From Tricharina praecox (Eukaryota), in NCBI RefSeq assembly GCF_024521635.1, contig NW_026250415.1, positions 62,001 through 126,000 of the forward strand: DNA of 64,000 nucleotides, read 5' to 3'. The notes under the pieces were generated by a model that was not told the origin of the DNA, did no database searches, and saw only the letters and a list, made by a program, of their open reading frames with translations. This document shows positions 51,997-64,000 of the stretch, one piece after another. Within the stretch, counting starts at the first letter, position 1. Each line of letters starts with the position of its first letter. The position numbers and the translations under genes are program-made.

Positions 51997-52902
51997 AGAG
52001 GGGCGGGTGTGGAGTGTACACCAGATGATGGATGGGTGCGGGTGTTTTTTGTAGCTTACATATCTGCATTTTTCTGTTTTTTTGGCTGTTTCAATGGAAC
52101 CGGATTCCATATGCACTTTCCGAAAGTCTGGACATTTTGTTCCTACATACTCGTGACGGTCATTAAGTGTTGTAGGAGGCCGAGCGGTTAACCACCGCTT
52201 CCACGTAGCCACTTACCTATGTAGCTCTTGGAAGGCTCTACCTATGATCTAACCCCTCCGTAAAAGCTGAGGACCAGGTTCGAGTTCTGTACACAACGCC
52301 TTGATTCTGCCTGGCGTACAGTAGTTCCGGGCCAAAGCAGGACGAGCTATCTAAAGAATAGAAGCCGAAGAGTGTACCAATCCACAGAGTCACAGACTAT
52401 CATTCTGTCCGGCCCGCAGTTCCAGATTCCAGATTCCAGATTCCAGATTACAATTTCCAGGTTTTGGATTCTGACTTTCAGTCGCATCGATCGATCGAAT
52501 CTGAGTGGTTGGCAGATAATGCTTTAGTGCTGTACAATGTAGGTACCAGTTGGAACTTGGTGCAGAGAGGTCGCACTCTCGCCGACAGCTCGGAAGAACT
52601 CTTTGCTGCCATTTGTGCGAATGGCTACTTTAATGTTCCTGAAGCAGGTAGACGGATGTTTGAGTGGCGGGTTTCAGTGGTGGGGTTTGAACTTTGAAAC
52701 GTCCATAAAAACATGTACAATACATAATGACATTGTAGGCGTTTGCCGTATGTAAAAGTAAAGACATAGTACTTACCTACGCCTTTCCCTACGAGTAAGG
52801 CCTGACGCTTGCTCACGAGTATATGGCAAGCGATTTGGTACGAGGCCGGCATGGCATGGCAATGATGCACACTCCACATTCATTCTACATAGTACCCAGC
52901 TA

Positions 52903-54002
52903 TCATCTCTGCACCTCACTTCCCACCAGCTCACCCGGCACACCTCTATCACCCCCACCGATCTCACACACATCCACCACATCCACCACATCCACCACAT
53001 CCACCACATCCACTACAACCGCCTCCTTCTCCGCGCAAACCACCACCACCGCCGTCCCATCCGTCTCGATCACACCGTCCGGGTACGGATACGGCATATC
53101 CTTAGCTTTTTGAATTCGGCTCCTGTTCCGGTACCGCAGCTTCGCCGCCATCCACCCGACGACTCCCAACAACGCCAGGATCACGACTGTGCCGACGGCG
53201 ATGCCGATTTTGGCGGCGAGTGGTAGGTTGCTGGTAGTACTACTACTAGGTGTGCTGCCGCTGGGTGTGTTGGTGCTGGTGCTGGTGCTGGGTGTGCTGG
53301 TGATGACGCTCACAACGCCGTCCTTTGTAATCGTAGCCACCGTGCCGCTCTGAAGGGAAGGTTTAGGCGTGTTGGCGGTGCTGGTGGTGCTGGCAACGCC
53401 CACGGACATCTTCTCCGGCGGCGGAAAGGCAGTGGCACTCATTGCGATCTATCACGGCCGTCCGTCATCCGTCAACCTTCCCAGATTCCCAGGTATTCCG
53501 CAGGACTCGGAAGCACCTACCGCCGTAGCGAGCATGCCTTCATCAACCGGCGGGAGCCCACACGCCTCACTGCCCACTTTACCCTGCGATCCACCGGGCA
53601 GGTATCCGACCCCCCCGCTCTCACAGCAAAACATGCCGATCTCCGAGGAAAACAGCCCAAAACCCGGGTCGGTACACATCGGCGCCGTCGTGGCGAGCTG
53701 GGAACAGTCCTCCTCTTTCCCCATTGTCAGTTTAGCCGCAAGGAAAGGGGGGAGGAGAGACCAGTAGGACAGCAGTACACCCCCGTGCCGCTGACGCTGC
53801 ACACGGTTATGTACGGACAGCACCATTGCATGAAGGCTGAGCCGCAGGATGAGTGCTCTGGCGGGCACACGGCGGCGCGCAGCGCGAGGGCGCCGAAGAA
53901 GTCGCCGCGGCGGTGGAGGGACGGTGCTGCATGCCCGCGGCTGGCTGCCGGGAGCTGGAGCAGGAGGAGGAGGCTGAATACCGGTATGCTGGGGACACTC
54001 AT
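52903..54002 (-). CDS. Type I membrane protein: signal peptide, Cys-rich ectodomain, Ser/Thr stalk, TM, short acidic tail (cell-surface sensor-like)
   Basis: Exons 53762-54002, 53521-53714, 52903-53448 join in frame; TM KIGIAVGTVVILALLGVVGWM. The first donor (GTCTCT) is weak. Confidence 0.75.
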
Positions 54003-54900
54003 GGCAACCAGAGGAGTCCGGACGGAGACGTGAGAAGTTGAGAGATGGATGGAAGCCTGACGGGGCGCTACATCGCTATATGTTTGTTGTTGCTGTCCCC
54101 TTTTTCACGCCCCCGATGCCCTAGGTTTTTGCCATTTGGGACAAATACGAAATTTAAAGGTTGCAGGCTTCCAGCCTGGGCCCTGCAGCTTGCAGCCCTT
54201 CTTGCGTGGTACAGACGGTTGATTGGCTGTGTGTTACAGTCGCTCGGTTGTACGAGCCTATGAGGAGAGTCGTACTCTACTCAGCCGTTCCCAGTACCCG
54301 TGGCGTCCACGGTCCATCGGCCTGTGGCTCGGCCTCGGTGGCGGCTGAGCTGGAGCCTGGGGGTCTGTGCGAGCACGCATAGGATATCACTCGACCGGAA
54401 TGCTGAGACCCGTGTTGAAATGATAGAGTAACTACTATAATGTGGTCGTGAACAAGTTACTAGTGTATTGGTTGAAGTGTAAGGTTGTAGCCTCGTGAGA
54501 ACAGTATTACAGTACTAGGTAGTAGATATGGAAATAGAGATAAAGGGCCGTGCCTTCTACCCAACCTAAACAAGTGATATTGCAACAGCCCGAAGTGAAG
54601 ATAACGTGACAGAGCATTGCATCTTGAAAATCACGACTCAATAGTTACATAGCCCGCGAGGTTGAGCTGAGACACGGACTCAATTATTCCTTATATGCAC
54701 TCAGACCTTCTCTCCCTGAGGAAAGAACAATAATCTACACTTCCATTGGCATGACGCATTAGACATTACAAACATATCCTCTCTCTCTCCTTCCACTCAC
54801 CCTCAACTTACAGAGTACTTTCGAGTCCCCCCTCCAGCTATTCCCCCATTCCACCCATCCTGCGTGAATTTTGGATATCCACCAAGGTAGCTTGAAGCTT

Positions 54901-55847
54901 CTATTCCACGCCATTCCACACAACCTCCGTCAAGCCCACCTTATTTCGTCTGAGCTCTCGCCGGAATGGTTCTAGTGGAACGGATGGGCGTCTCGGTAAA
55001 GACTGTGAATCGGAGCTGGGCGGAGCTGGTTCCTCGGGGGTATGGGGTGCACTTGGAGGCGGCTGTGAGTAGTGGTCGGCGTGGGCTGTTGGAGGCGGCT
55101 GTGAGTAGTCGTCGACGGTGACTACTGGAGGCGGCTGTGAGTACTCGTCGGCGGGGACTCCTGGAGACGGCGGGTCACCAGGGGGCTCTGTGTCGCCATC
55201 GTCGCCGCTGACGGACACCGGTGGTATCGTGCTAGCCGACTCCGATGGTGCCGAGCTTCGGCTTCCATCGGCTTGGAGGGGGTAAGTCTCCACAACTGTG
55301 TGCCTGCGCCCTGGGATGGGTTTGCTTTTGGGCACACTGCGGTCGTACGCTGAATTTCCGTAGTTCCTAGGCCTGTAATCCGAAGTCCCCACGAAGTCAT
55401 CATCGTCCCAGCCATCCCTACCACGCCCACCGAGTCCTCCGCCGGGCCCACCGCCGCCGCCCCTGCCCCCGCCGCCTCCTCTTCCATCACGCTTACCTCG
55501 GATGACACCATTGTCGTTTTTCCCCACGCGATCGGGCAACTTTTGCTTGCGGTCTTTCGGCCGCCTCTTCCGCGCATGCGTCCTCTTCCCGCTTTCGTCG
55601 CCCGAGTCGTTTGCCGCTTCGCGGGTGGGCGCGATGGCCGAGATCGATTGTCGCTCCGGCGGGGGCGTGTTTCTGGGCGGCGGCGGTGGTGGTGGCGAAT
55701 CGCCGTGGTGGGTGCCGCCGTTCGCATCTCCGCTGCTCGCTTTCGCTACGGGTCGCGCTGGCGGGGCGTCCACCGTCTCCGGACTCTTTTCTTAGGGCAG
55801 AAGCATGGACAGCAGCAGGAACAGCAGCATGACCAACAGTTACCCAT
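54901..55847 (-). pseudogene. Frameshifted gene (or assembly indel): MGNCWSCCC... lipidation leader plus a Pro/Gly/acidic low-complexity body
   Basis: ATG 55847 ORF (33 aa) is one base out of frame with the ATG-less 290-codon ORF, which carries three 36-nt in-frame repeats (D-x-YSQPPP). Confidence 0.5.
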
Positions 55848-58800
55848 CGATACCGTGAAGTGGTGGTGCGAACTCGGCTGTGTATTGTATGTACACTGTA
55901 GGATGAAGCGGGCGTCCCCTTCCTTGCGAAGGAAAGCGGAGGAGGAGCGAAAGAAGGCTCGCGATTAAAATTTGTGCCTCGATGCTTTGAAAGCCCACCG
56001 TCCACTCAGCTGTGCGTCAACAGTGATTCGTGGAGGGGTTCATTGGTGCGTGCATCGAGACTCTGAGGCTGAGACTCTGGGACCCATCCAATCATGCGCC
56101 GCTCAGCTCCAGCTCTCATGCAGTCGACCGGTGAGGTGGGTAAAAAAAAAGCTCATCCTTATTTGTCGATTGGAACTAGAAGTTCGGAACCCGCTGAGTG
56201 AGATCATGCTGTTAATTTATCGCCATAACTAATCGGCATCCGACGAAACTGCAAGAATGAAATATCACTCGATCCACTGGTATTCGCCCAGCCCAATCTT
56301 CTGGTCGAATAAGACTTTGCGACGCAGAGAGCCGGAAATAACCATTGAGATCAGATGGTGCCCAGCACACAAAGGCGTCCCCGGAAACGAAAAAGGCTGA
56401 CGAATCGGCCAAGCTGGCGGCCAACAACCCCACCGCTCGCGGGGGAGAGGGGCCCCGTCACCTCAGCCAGTACGGCATCAGGCCGCTACCACCTCCATCG
56501 CTTACCCATCTGAAGCGCGGGATCACGGAAGCCAAGTGGATGGAAGGCTCGCTTCAAGACCCGCGACTTCTTTGCAGACGAGAGGTGCAGTCGGGCAATC
56601 TTGGACTTTCTTGCTGCTACTGATGTTGTAACTTGGTAGACGGATACCGGACTCGGCCGCTGAGGAAGATGCAGTCAGCGAAGTGTTCGAGTGGGAAGCC
56701 GGGGAACGGGAAGAGATACAGGTGAAGAGCTTGCTGGGTTTACTAGGCGAGGCGGCAGACACTGAGAGGGAGTAGGAGGAGAGGAGAAAGGCGTTGGGAG
56801 GGACGATGAGGAGGGTGCCGCTGAGAAGGACGAGGAGGAGGAGGTTGAGAGGGACTAGGCGGTTGAGGGGCGGACTTTCTCTTTTTCTTTGTCCTGTTCC
56901 TAGCGTCATTTCCTTGGTGCGCTCATATACTCTATGCAGATCGTCGGGACAGGCCAGGACGGAATGCAGAGAAAGCCACATCGGGCCGCTCGATGAAATT
57001 CGGGTTGGACAGTGGCGTCATTGCGTGGAAACGAGCGTGTACGGTGGGCGGATATTGCCATGATCTAGATAAGTCGCATGCAATCAATAATTAAACGAAA
57101 CAAAAGAAATGGATCTTTTAACATCTGGTCGAATAAGACTGAGTGAATAATCGCACTAAACCGCGGTGTTTCATGCATAATCGTCAAAGTACATAAGTGG
57201 ACTGAGTGCTAACTGTTAGTAGGATCCGCTTCGGAGTTGTCGCTTTTGACCGACTATCCCGAACCGGCCACGGAAGGACTTCGAAGTTCAAAGTCTGAAC
57301 CGAGCTGCGTACAGAAGCAGTAAGCAGTAGCCAGATTGACTATTCGGTTGGAAATTGGTGGCAGGTTGGAAGCGATCGAACCGAATACCCGGTGACAAAC
57401 AGATCGGATGACAGGTATGGAGGTATGGCACGCATAAAGAAGAAGAGGAGGAGTAGGAGGAGAAGGGAGGAGGAGGAGCGGAAGAGCGGCTGTAGACAGT
57501 AGTACTGACAGGAATTCAACGTAGTACGAAGTAGAGTAGTGGTCGTACGATTTAAACGTGGTTGACGTGGTCACAAATCATCACTCACCGCGTGATATTT
57601 CATGCATCGCTCGCCCGCTCGCGGCAGCATGAGTCGAGTTCTCAGCCGATCAGGCCGTGACTTTACACTTCCACTTCTCTCGAGCTGCAGGATATCCATG
57701 TACGGTGACGGTTGAGAAGATTTGGCGCCACAGATCCCACCCCGCCCGCCTGGAGTCTGGACTCTGGTCCGCACCCCCCACGTGTTCTTGCACATACCAA
57801 CCTAGGCATACCACCCCACCACAGTCCACCACCACCACCGCTACTCTGCTCCATCCTATCCCATCCCATCCCACCGCATCGTGCAGTCCAGTCCACTTTC
57901 CAGCTCCAGCCTCGGCATGCACCTGTGAGTCTGTGACCGGTCTCCGTAACCACGCCTTACCTACGCACCGACGATCCGCACGGGTGGCGGGTGGGTGAAC
58001 ACTGGACAAGTAACAGATGATCCGGGGACCGGGATAGCTACAGTTTTTCCGGCAGAACTGAACCGAACCGAACCGATCTGCAGGGCTGGCTGGCTGGGCC
58101 GTTCATTGTACTACGGACCTACGGTGCTCCCTAGGTACATGATACATACATACGCATGTGGACTTTCTCGCGGATGAAGTGCGGTTACATGTGTACTCAT
58201 GCTACATACAGACGGCGGGCCGCGGTGGGATATTACGTGCTGCTGCCACCCGGCTGGCTGGGGGCTGGGGCGTGTTTGCAGTTGCGGTTGCAATTGCATG
58301 TGGTGCCTTGGTCAACCGTCACGCCGAGTCTCGCGTTTCTAGTTTCGAGACTCGAGTCCCGGGGAAGGAAACGGAAGGAGTTGAGAACGAAGGGGATGGG
58401 GAAGGGGCCGAGCGATGACGTGAGCTGTCAGCTTGCATGGGTTGGTCGGTAGCTACTACTGCCTAGTAAGGACAGCACAGGACTTGCAAAACGGTTTTAT
58501 ACCAAACACGTTAACTAACGCGGTCAAACGACTGGTCTTCTCCGCCCTCGGGGGCCTGGATAAGGGAGTAGGAATTCACACACACACACACACACACACG
58601 GGAGTAAATATCACTCTAGATATGTACGTATCATAGAGTAGAGAGGTTTTGGTCGATGGGTTTGTTTTGCTTTGCTCGGAGAGTCGGAGCTACTACTCTA
58701 GTACATAACGACGGGATTCGGCTCGAGTCGAGTGTTTGGGTTTAGATCCAGAGCGTGGTGCACGCTTATTCTGTGTGGACTAACAGTAGGTGAGTTTGGT

Positions 58801-59474
58801 AGGTTTTGCCCCTCCGCTGGTTCGAACTTCGTCTAGGTAGCTGTCCCGCTGTAGGCAGGTTCACCCGCCCGGCGCGCTATAATCGTTACCTAGTGCGATA
58901 TGCTGCGTTGCGTTGTTCGGCTCTGCGGAGGTGAGGTGAGGAGATGGGCATGGGGGTGGGGATATCTACACATGTCATATGTATCCTTCGCGATGATGCG
59001 ATGGATGGAAGGAATCGCGGGTTAAGCGACACATGGCCATTGGCATAGCATGCAAGGCAAGGCAGAGTCGGTGGTGAGAGACAGCAGATGCCAGACAGCA
59101 GACAGCAGCAGACCGACAGACGTGACAGACGTGACATGCTTCTGTCGAACCTTCGCTGCAGACTTGTAGACTTGTAGACTTGCAGATTTGCAGACAGTTG
59201 GCTCTCTGTCTGGCGAGACGGCGATCGCTTCCGTCTGCACCGACTGAATCCTGGTAGCATGGCCGACTGGCTTGCTGGCTGGCGGGGGGATGGACAAGTG
59301 CTGGAGAAGGCGGGGTTCGTTGCAAAGATGCATCCGTTGGCCATCGCGTCGCGGCCGGGGAGAATATTCTTCTCCAGAGGTGCAGCAGTGCAGTTGCATG
59401 GCGCGATCTCGAGGCTTGCTTTGCTGGTGGACGGAGAATCCGATTGAATTTCATCATCACACGCGGCTTAATCG

Positions 59475-59600
59475 AAAAAAGAAAAAGAAAAAGAAAAAGA
59501 TTTAAGGAACAAAAAGAGAAAGAAAAAAAGAGAAAGAAAAAAAGAGAAAGAAAAAAAGAGAAAGAAAAAAAGAGAAAGAAAAAAAGAGAGAGAAAAAGGA
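59475..59600. repeat. Polypurine (A/G) tract with internal duplication
   Basis: AAAAAGAGAAAG-type units repeated. Confidence 0.8.
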
Positions 59601-62600
59601 ACAGCTGCAAGTCAGTTCCGGACACACGTTCGTCGTTCGCGTCATAGAAATGATAGAATAGGATCGCTTCATGGTGTCGCACCAGGCCCTTCTCGACGAC
59701 TCGTTAGAGTCGTTACTCCATCCAGCCGAATCTGGGCGGGGATTGGCCGGACGCTAGTGACCTCATGCCGTACACACGGGCATCCTTAAATCTAATCGAG
59801 CAAAGGTCGTCGGAATGCGGAATGCACGAAAGGGCAAGGGAGATCTCGAGACGCTGTGCTATGCTGTGTTGTGCGGGAGATGGCCGGCAGCTGGATGAGC
59901 ATTGACGGTCGCGAACGAGTCGCCGGGTTTCGCGATGTGATGGCGGTTGGGCGTGCGGGTACTCTACACGGTTCCAGCATCTCAAAGACCAAATCTCATC
60001 CGCGGGCGGTACTATACGGACAGTACTCTACACCGTCCCAGCATCTCGATTCTCGACGGCCACTTCCCAGCCGCGGGCGGTGCTGGATGTCCGATGAACC
60101 CGGACGACTACTTTGAGTCTTGACTTTGCTGCGTGCTGCGGCTTTAATCGAAGCCACTGAAACACTCGCATCGCTAAACTCCTGGGATCACCAGTACCAC
60201 CACCACCACCTATACCACCGCATTCTTCTCACCAGCCTCCGGGCGGTCGCCTGCCAGCAAACCAGCAAACCAATCGCTTCGGCCAGTTCATTCGCCGGGG
60301 ACGTTTCATTTGGTCCGTTTCGCATTGATTCGTTGCCCACCAGACAGATCTTCCGTCCGGGGGAGGCATTGACACCCCTCCTCTCATCGATCTGCCGCCG
60401 CCGCCGCCGCCGCCGCCGTCAATACTCTGCTCTTGTCTTTTCTTCTCTCTCTCCCGCCGTCGTCGGAGTACTAGGTAGGAGTCCATTCCGTTCCACGCTC
60501 CGTCGTCATCTCCTTCCTTCCTTCCGCCGCATACCGTACATACATGCCATAGCTGACGCCTGTAAGTTGTCCCCACATCTGCCCGACTACTGTGCCCGAT
60601 TAACTACTAACTACTAGTAACTTCCGCTACCGCGCGCCGTTCTCGCCCTTGTCCCCATTCGGCGTCGCTGCTGCACATCATCATCAAAAGAAACCGATTT
60701 CAAATTTCTCTTCTTTCTTTTTTCCGGATCTTGATTGTTTTTGCTTGTTCGGTTTGTTTTTGTTGTTTGTTTGTTTCTGTCGCGCCGTTGCGTGGCTTCG
60801 CTATCGTCGCGACTCGTCCACGCACGATTAATTGGTCTCGTTCTCTCGCGCTCTCTCCTCTCTGTTGGCTTGCAAATCGTTCTCTTTCCTTTCCTTTCCG
60901 GATCTGCTCATGGGCGACGCAGAGTAGAGTAGGTATCTGAAACCAGCGTCACGTACTCAGGTACATAGAGTACCTACTGGAGTAATAGTAATACACGCTC
61001 AGTACCTTTCCTCCTCCTCGCCTATGTACCGACCGAACGGCGAACCGTCGTCTTCTCATCCCTCCCTCCATCCCTCCCTCCATCTCCCTCTTCGACTCCA
61101 CCCTCCCACCCCTCGATGGACGGTCACTACGCCGGACAGCTGCCTACCCGCCGCCGCCGTCAGCCAACAAGGAGTCGAGGACGTCCAGCCGCGATCCACT
61201 CCCCCGATTACCGCGACGACCGCGACGAGTTGGCAGAGCGAGAAGAAGGAGAAAAGGAGAAAGAGAGCAGCGCCGTGAAAATAACTCGCATTAAAGACCA
61301 AGATCGAGAATGCGGACAGAGTTATGCACCGGTATGTAGGTAGGGGGGAGACTGGACTTTATCTGCTCCATCTCTACTTCATCTCTATACCTAGTACATA
61401 TCACCGATCGACTCGAATCTCCTTCCGTTGATTTGACTTTTGATTTGACTGGCTCGTCTTTTGCCGGTATGCTACATACAAAGAAGAGTCGCTTTAAACT
61501 CCCCAAGTGTCTCGCTAGACTCTAGAGTAGAGTACCTACTGCTCCAAGGCTCCAAGCGCGGTTCCCGGGGTTCGTCCGGGTTCGTTCGTCTGGGTTGTTG
61601 CGGCGGGCTGGCTGTTCTTCGAGCATAGCTGGAGCACCTGGGAGGTACTTGTTGATCGCTCCTTCTGTGTTTGCTCGAATAAACCGTATTCGGCCGTTCT
61701 TGTGTTTCGGAGGGATTGGAGAGTACGACCACTTGCTCTCCACTCCCACTCGCACACTCGCAATCACGCACTCACGCATCCACACCACTTCCGCTGCTGC
61801 TGCTTCAGCTCCCGGGACGAAAAGAAAGTGGCAAGCCGATCGCCATACACCGTGAAGCTTGGTAACTAACCCGTACATATCGTCTGCGGTCGCTGGTCCA
61901 TTCCGCAAATCACCATACTTAATCACTTACGAAGTACCTGCTTGGACAGCTGGGCGCTGGGAAAAGGGGTGCACGTTGACTGACTGACCGCTTAAACGTC
62001 AGCTGCAGCAGCCATCATCCACCGGACGCAGCAAGACAGGCGAAGAGAAGACGCGGAGTCTCGGAAAACCATCAGCATCACCATCAGCATCGGCATCCCA
62101 TCCATTCGAAGGAAGGAAGATCAAGAAGAAGACGAAGCAGAAGAAGAAGAAGAAAAGAAAAGAAGAAAGGACACCCCACTCCCCCTTACCCCATCCAATC
62201 AATAGCAACTGCAAATAGCCCCCCTCATCCCCCCGGGGGCCTGCTAGCCGCCATCAAAATTCACACCCCCCCCCCCCCCCCCCCATTTCCACCCCCATTT
62301 CCACCCAGCTCGATTATCCCAATACGCTTTCTCCCTCTCCCTTTCCACATTTCCTGGAATTGCCCCCGGCTACGGCTTCTGAGCCCTGCCCGCCCGCCTG
62401 TCTGCCTGCCTGCTTGCCTGCCTGCCTCGTCACCCACCGCCATTCGTCCATCAGTCGTACCAAACCATCCTTCCATCCATCCATCCTCCATCCGAGAGAG
62501 AGAAGAAATATCGGCACCGTTTCAATCCGCCCGCGCCTGATTTCTCCTGCGGCGCATTGCTGCTGCACCTGCCATTTCCTGATCTGCCTGCCACCTGTAC

Positions 62601-63172
62601 AAACCTACCTACTCTACTCACTCACTCATTTACTCACTTCCCTATTCGACTGTCGGCCTCCCCCGTCAGAGTCAGCAATTCCTCCAGCAAACAAAAAAGT
62701 GCCTCCCCCCCTCGATTAAGTTTCTGCCCTTCCGAAAATACTCCCAAAAGTGACCGCCAAATCGACATCGTTTCTCGTGTCTTTTACCCCTATCCGATTC
62801 CGTGTATTACCCCCCGCCGACTCCCACCGCCCACCATCGCTACTAATCGGGCTCGGCATCCGCACTACTGCCATTTCAGACGACATCCGGTAAGGGTAGA
62901 CGCTGCTCTACTCGGGCGTGTCCATCCTACTAACGCGCCGCCCTCCCTCCTCTTCATCGGTCGCCCTCCCTTCCAACTCCCTCTAACTACCTACACTATC
63001 TACCCCCGATTACTACCACTACCATCAACACAACCACATCTCCTCCTCCACCACCTCCTCCTCCCCCGCCTCCCCCTCCCTCCTCCCCCACCCTTCCTCC
63101 CTTCCCACCCTCCCCTCCCCCTCCCCCTCCCCCCCAACATCCCCTCTAGCCAACACACCGGACAAGAGGGAG

Positions 63173-64000
63173 ATGTCGACCTCAGCGGTATCCCAAGCGG
63201 CTGCGCCCGCACCAGCTTCGCCGAGTGGCCCCCCTCGAGGTGCCCGCCCCCCGCATCCACGACCGACTACCTACAGCGGACCGTCGCCGAGCGCCCCGCA
63301 CTCGTCCGGTTCGACATCGGCTGGTACACCTAACGGACCCCCGATCCCACCACCGCCGCGCACGAGTAGCAAGACACAGACTCCGACCGCAGCTACGCCC
63401 CCAGAGTCCCGCGCAGGTAATTCTACACGCGGAGGAGGAGACGGTGCAAATGATCGAGATCGGGATAGGGATCGCCGGAGAACGGAAGACGGTCGTACGC
63501 GTCAGGATCAGCCCCCCGTTGGTCGTTCGAATTCGACGCGTGGCACCTCCTCCTCGTCGCGAGGCAATAGCAATAGCGCGCCGCAACAGGGAGACCCATC
63601 ACGCTCCAACACGAGACGCAGACAGGATTCTGAGTCGAGTGGTAACAAGCGAGGCAATGGCGGCGGCAGCAGTAACCCCGTTAGCAGTAATGGTGACGAG
63701 CAGTCGCAACAAACTTCCTCGAATAGGCGCGCTCACACGAGAAAGGAGACTCGCTTCGGTGAGTATATCCTCGGACAAACTTTGGGCGAGGGAGAGTTTG
63801 GCAAGGTCAAGCTCGGATGGAGGCGAGACGGTGGTGTACAGGTAAAGTTCATTCCTTTTTGTTTCTCTTTCTCTTTATGTTTCCATCGCGTTTCGACTTC
63901 GGAAATGTTTCCGAATTAGCGATTTTTTTTTGTCGATGCAGCTTACTGAGTCGTCTCCCCCTTTCCCGTTGTTTTAGGTAGCGATTAAGCTCATACGACG
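63173..64000 (+). CDS. Ser/Thr protein kinase, Kin4/Ppk1/KfsA-like, 5' part (runs off the window end); may start further upstream at 61116
   Basis: RKETRFGEYILGQTLGEGEFGKVKLGW (subdomain I); intron 63842-63978 joins GGVQ to VAIKLIR (subdomain II). Confidence 0.88.

Noticed and set aside
45264..54002. Metabolic gene cluster (amidase, LAD, membrane proteins)
   Set aside because: The functions are unrelated and there is no backbone enzyme, transporter or regulator linking them.
54395..54450. TPP riboswitch (CTGAGA...TGAA.TGAT)
   Set aside because: Lacks the P4/P5 pairing and downstream GCG motif, and no thiamine gene is adjacent.
56345..57063. Possible degenerate + strand gene with an internal TAG
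   Set aside because: Fragments could not be joined into a coherent frame and there is no recognisable homology.

Overview
Eukaryotic, intron-containing DNA from a filamentous ascomycete (GT-AG introns with CTRAY branch points; Pezizomycotina, possibly Pezizales - an inference). Gene density is low, with long, microsatellite-rich intergenic regions. Recognisable genes are: the 5' end of a phenol 2-monooxygenase-like flavoprotein, a Sln1/TcsB-type hybrid histidine kinase, pyruvate dehydrogenase E2 (LAT1), a GYF-domain protein, a PiT-family phosphate permease (PHO89/pho-4), an amidase, L-arabinitol 4-dehydrogenase and the 5' end of a Kin4-like kinase. Less certain genes are a small secreted peptide, a PY-motif membrane protein, a Cys-rich single-pass membrane protein and a frameshifted myristoylation/palmitoylation-signal gene. 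Non-coding structure includes a 1.5-kb TIR element with TA flanks, a 60-bp-arm foldback, several hAT-like MITE relics (one family present twice), a ~185-bp triplicated motif and a tight cluster of four PacC sites before the phosphate permease. I found no clearly novel multi-gene system. The best leads are the hidden 5' architecture of the kinase (10-nt microexon, distant branch point), the lipidation-signal/frameshift gene, the orphan secreted peptide and the TIR elements.
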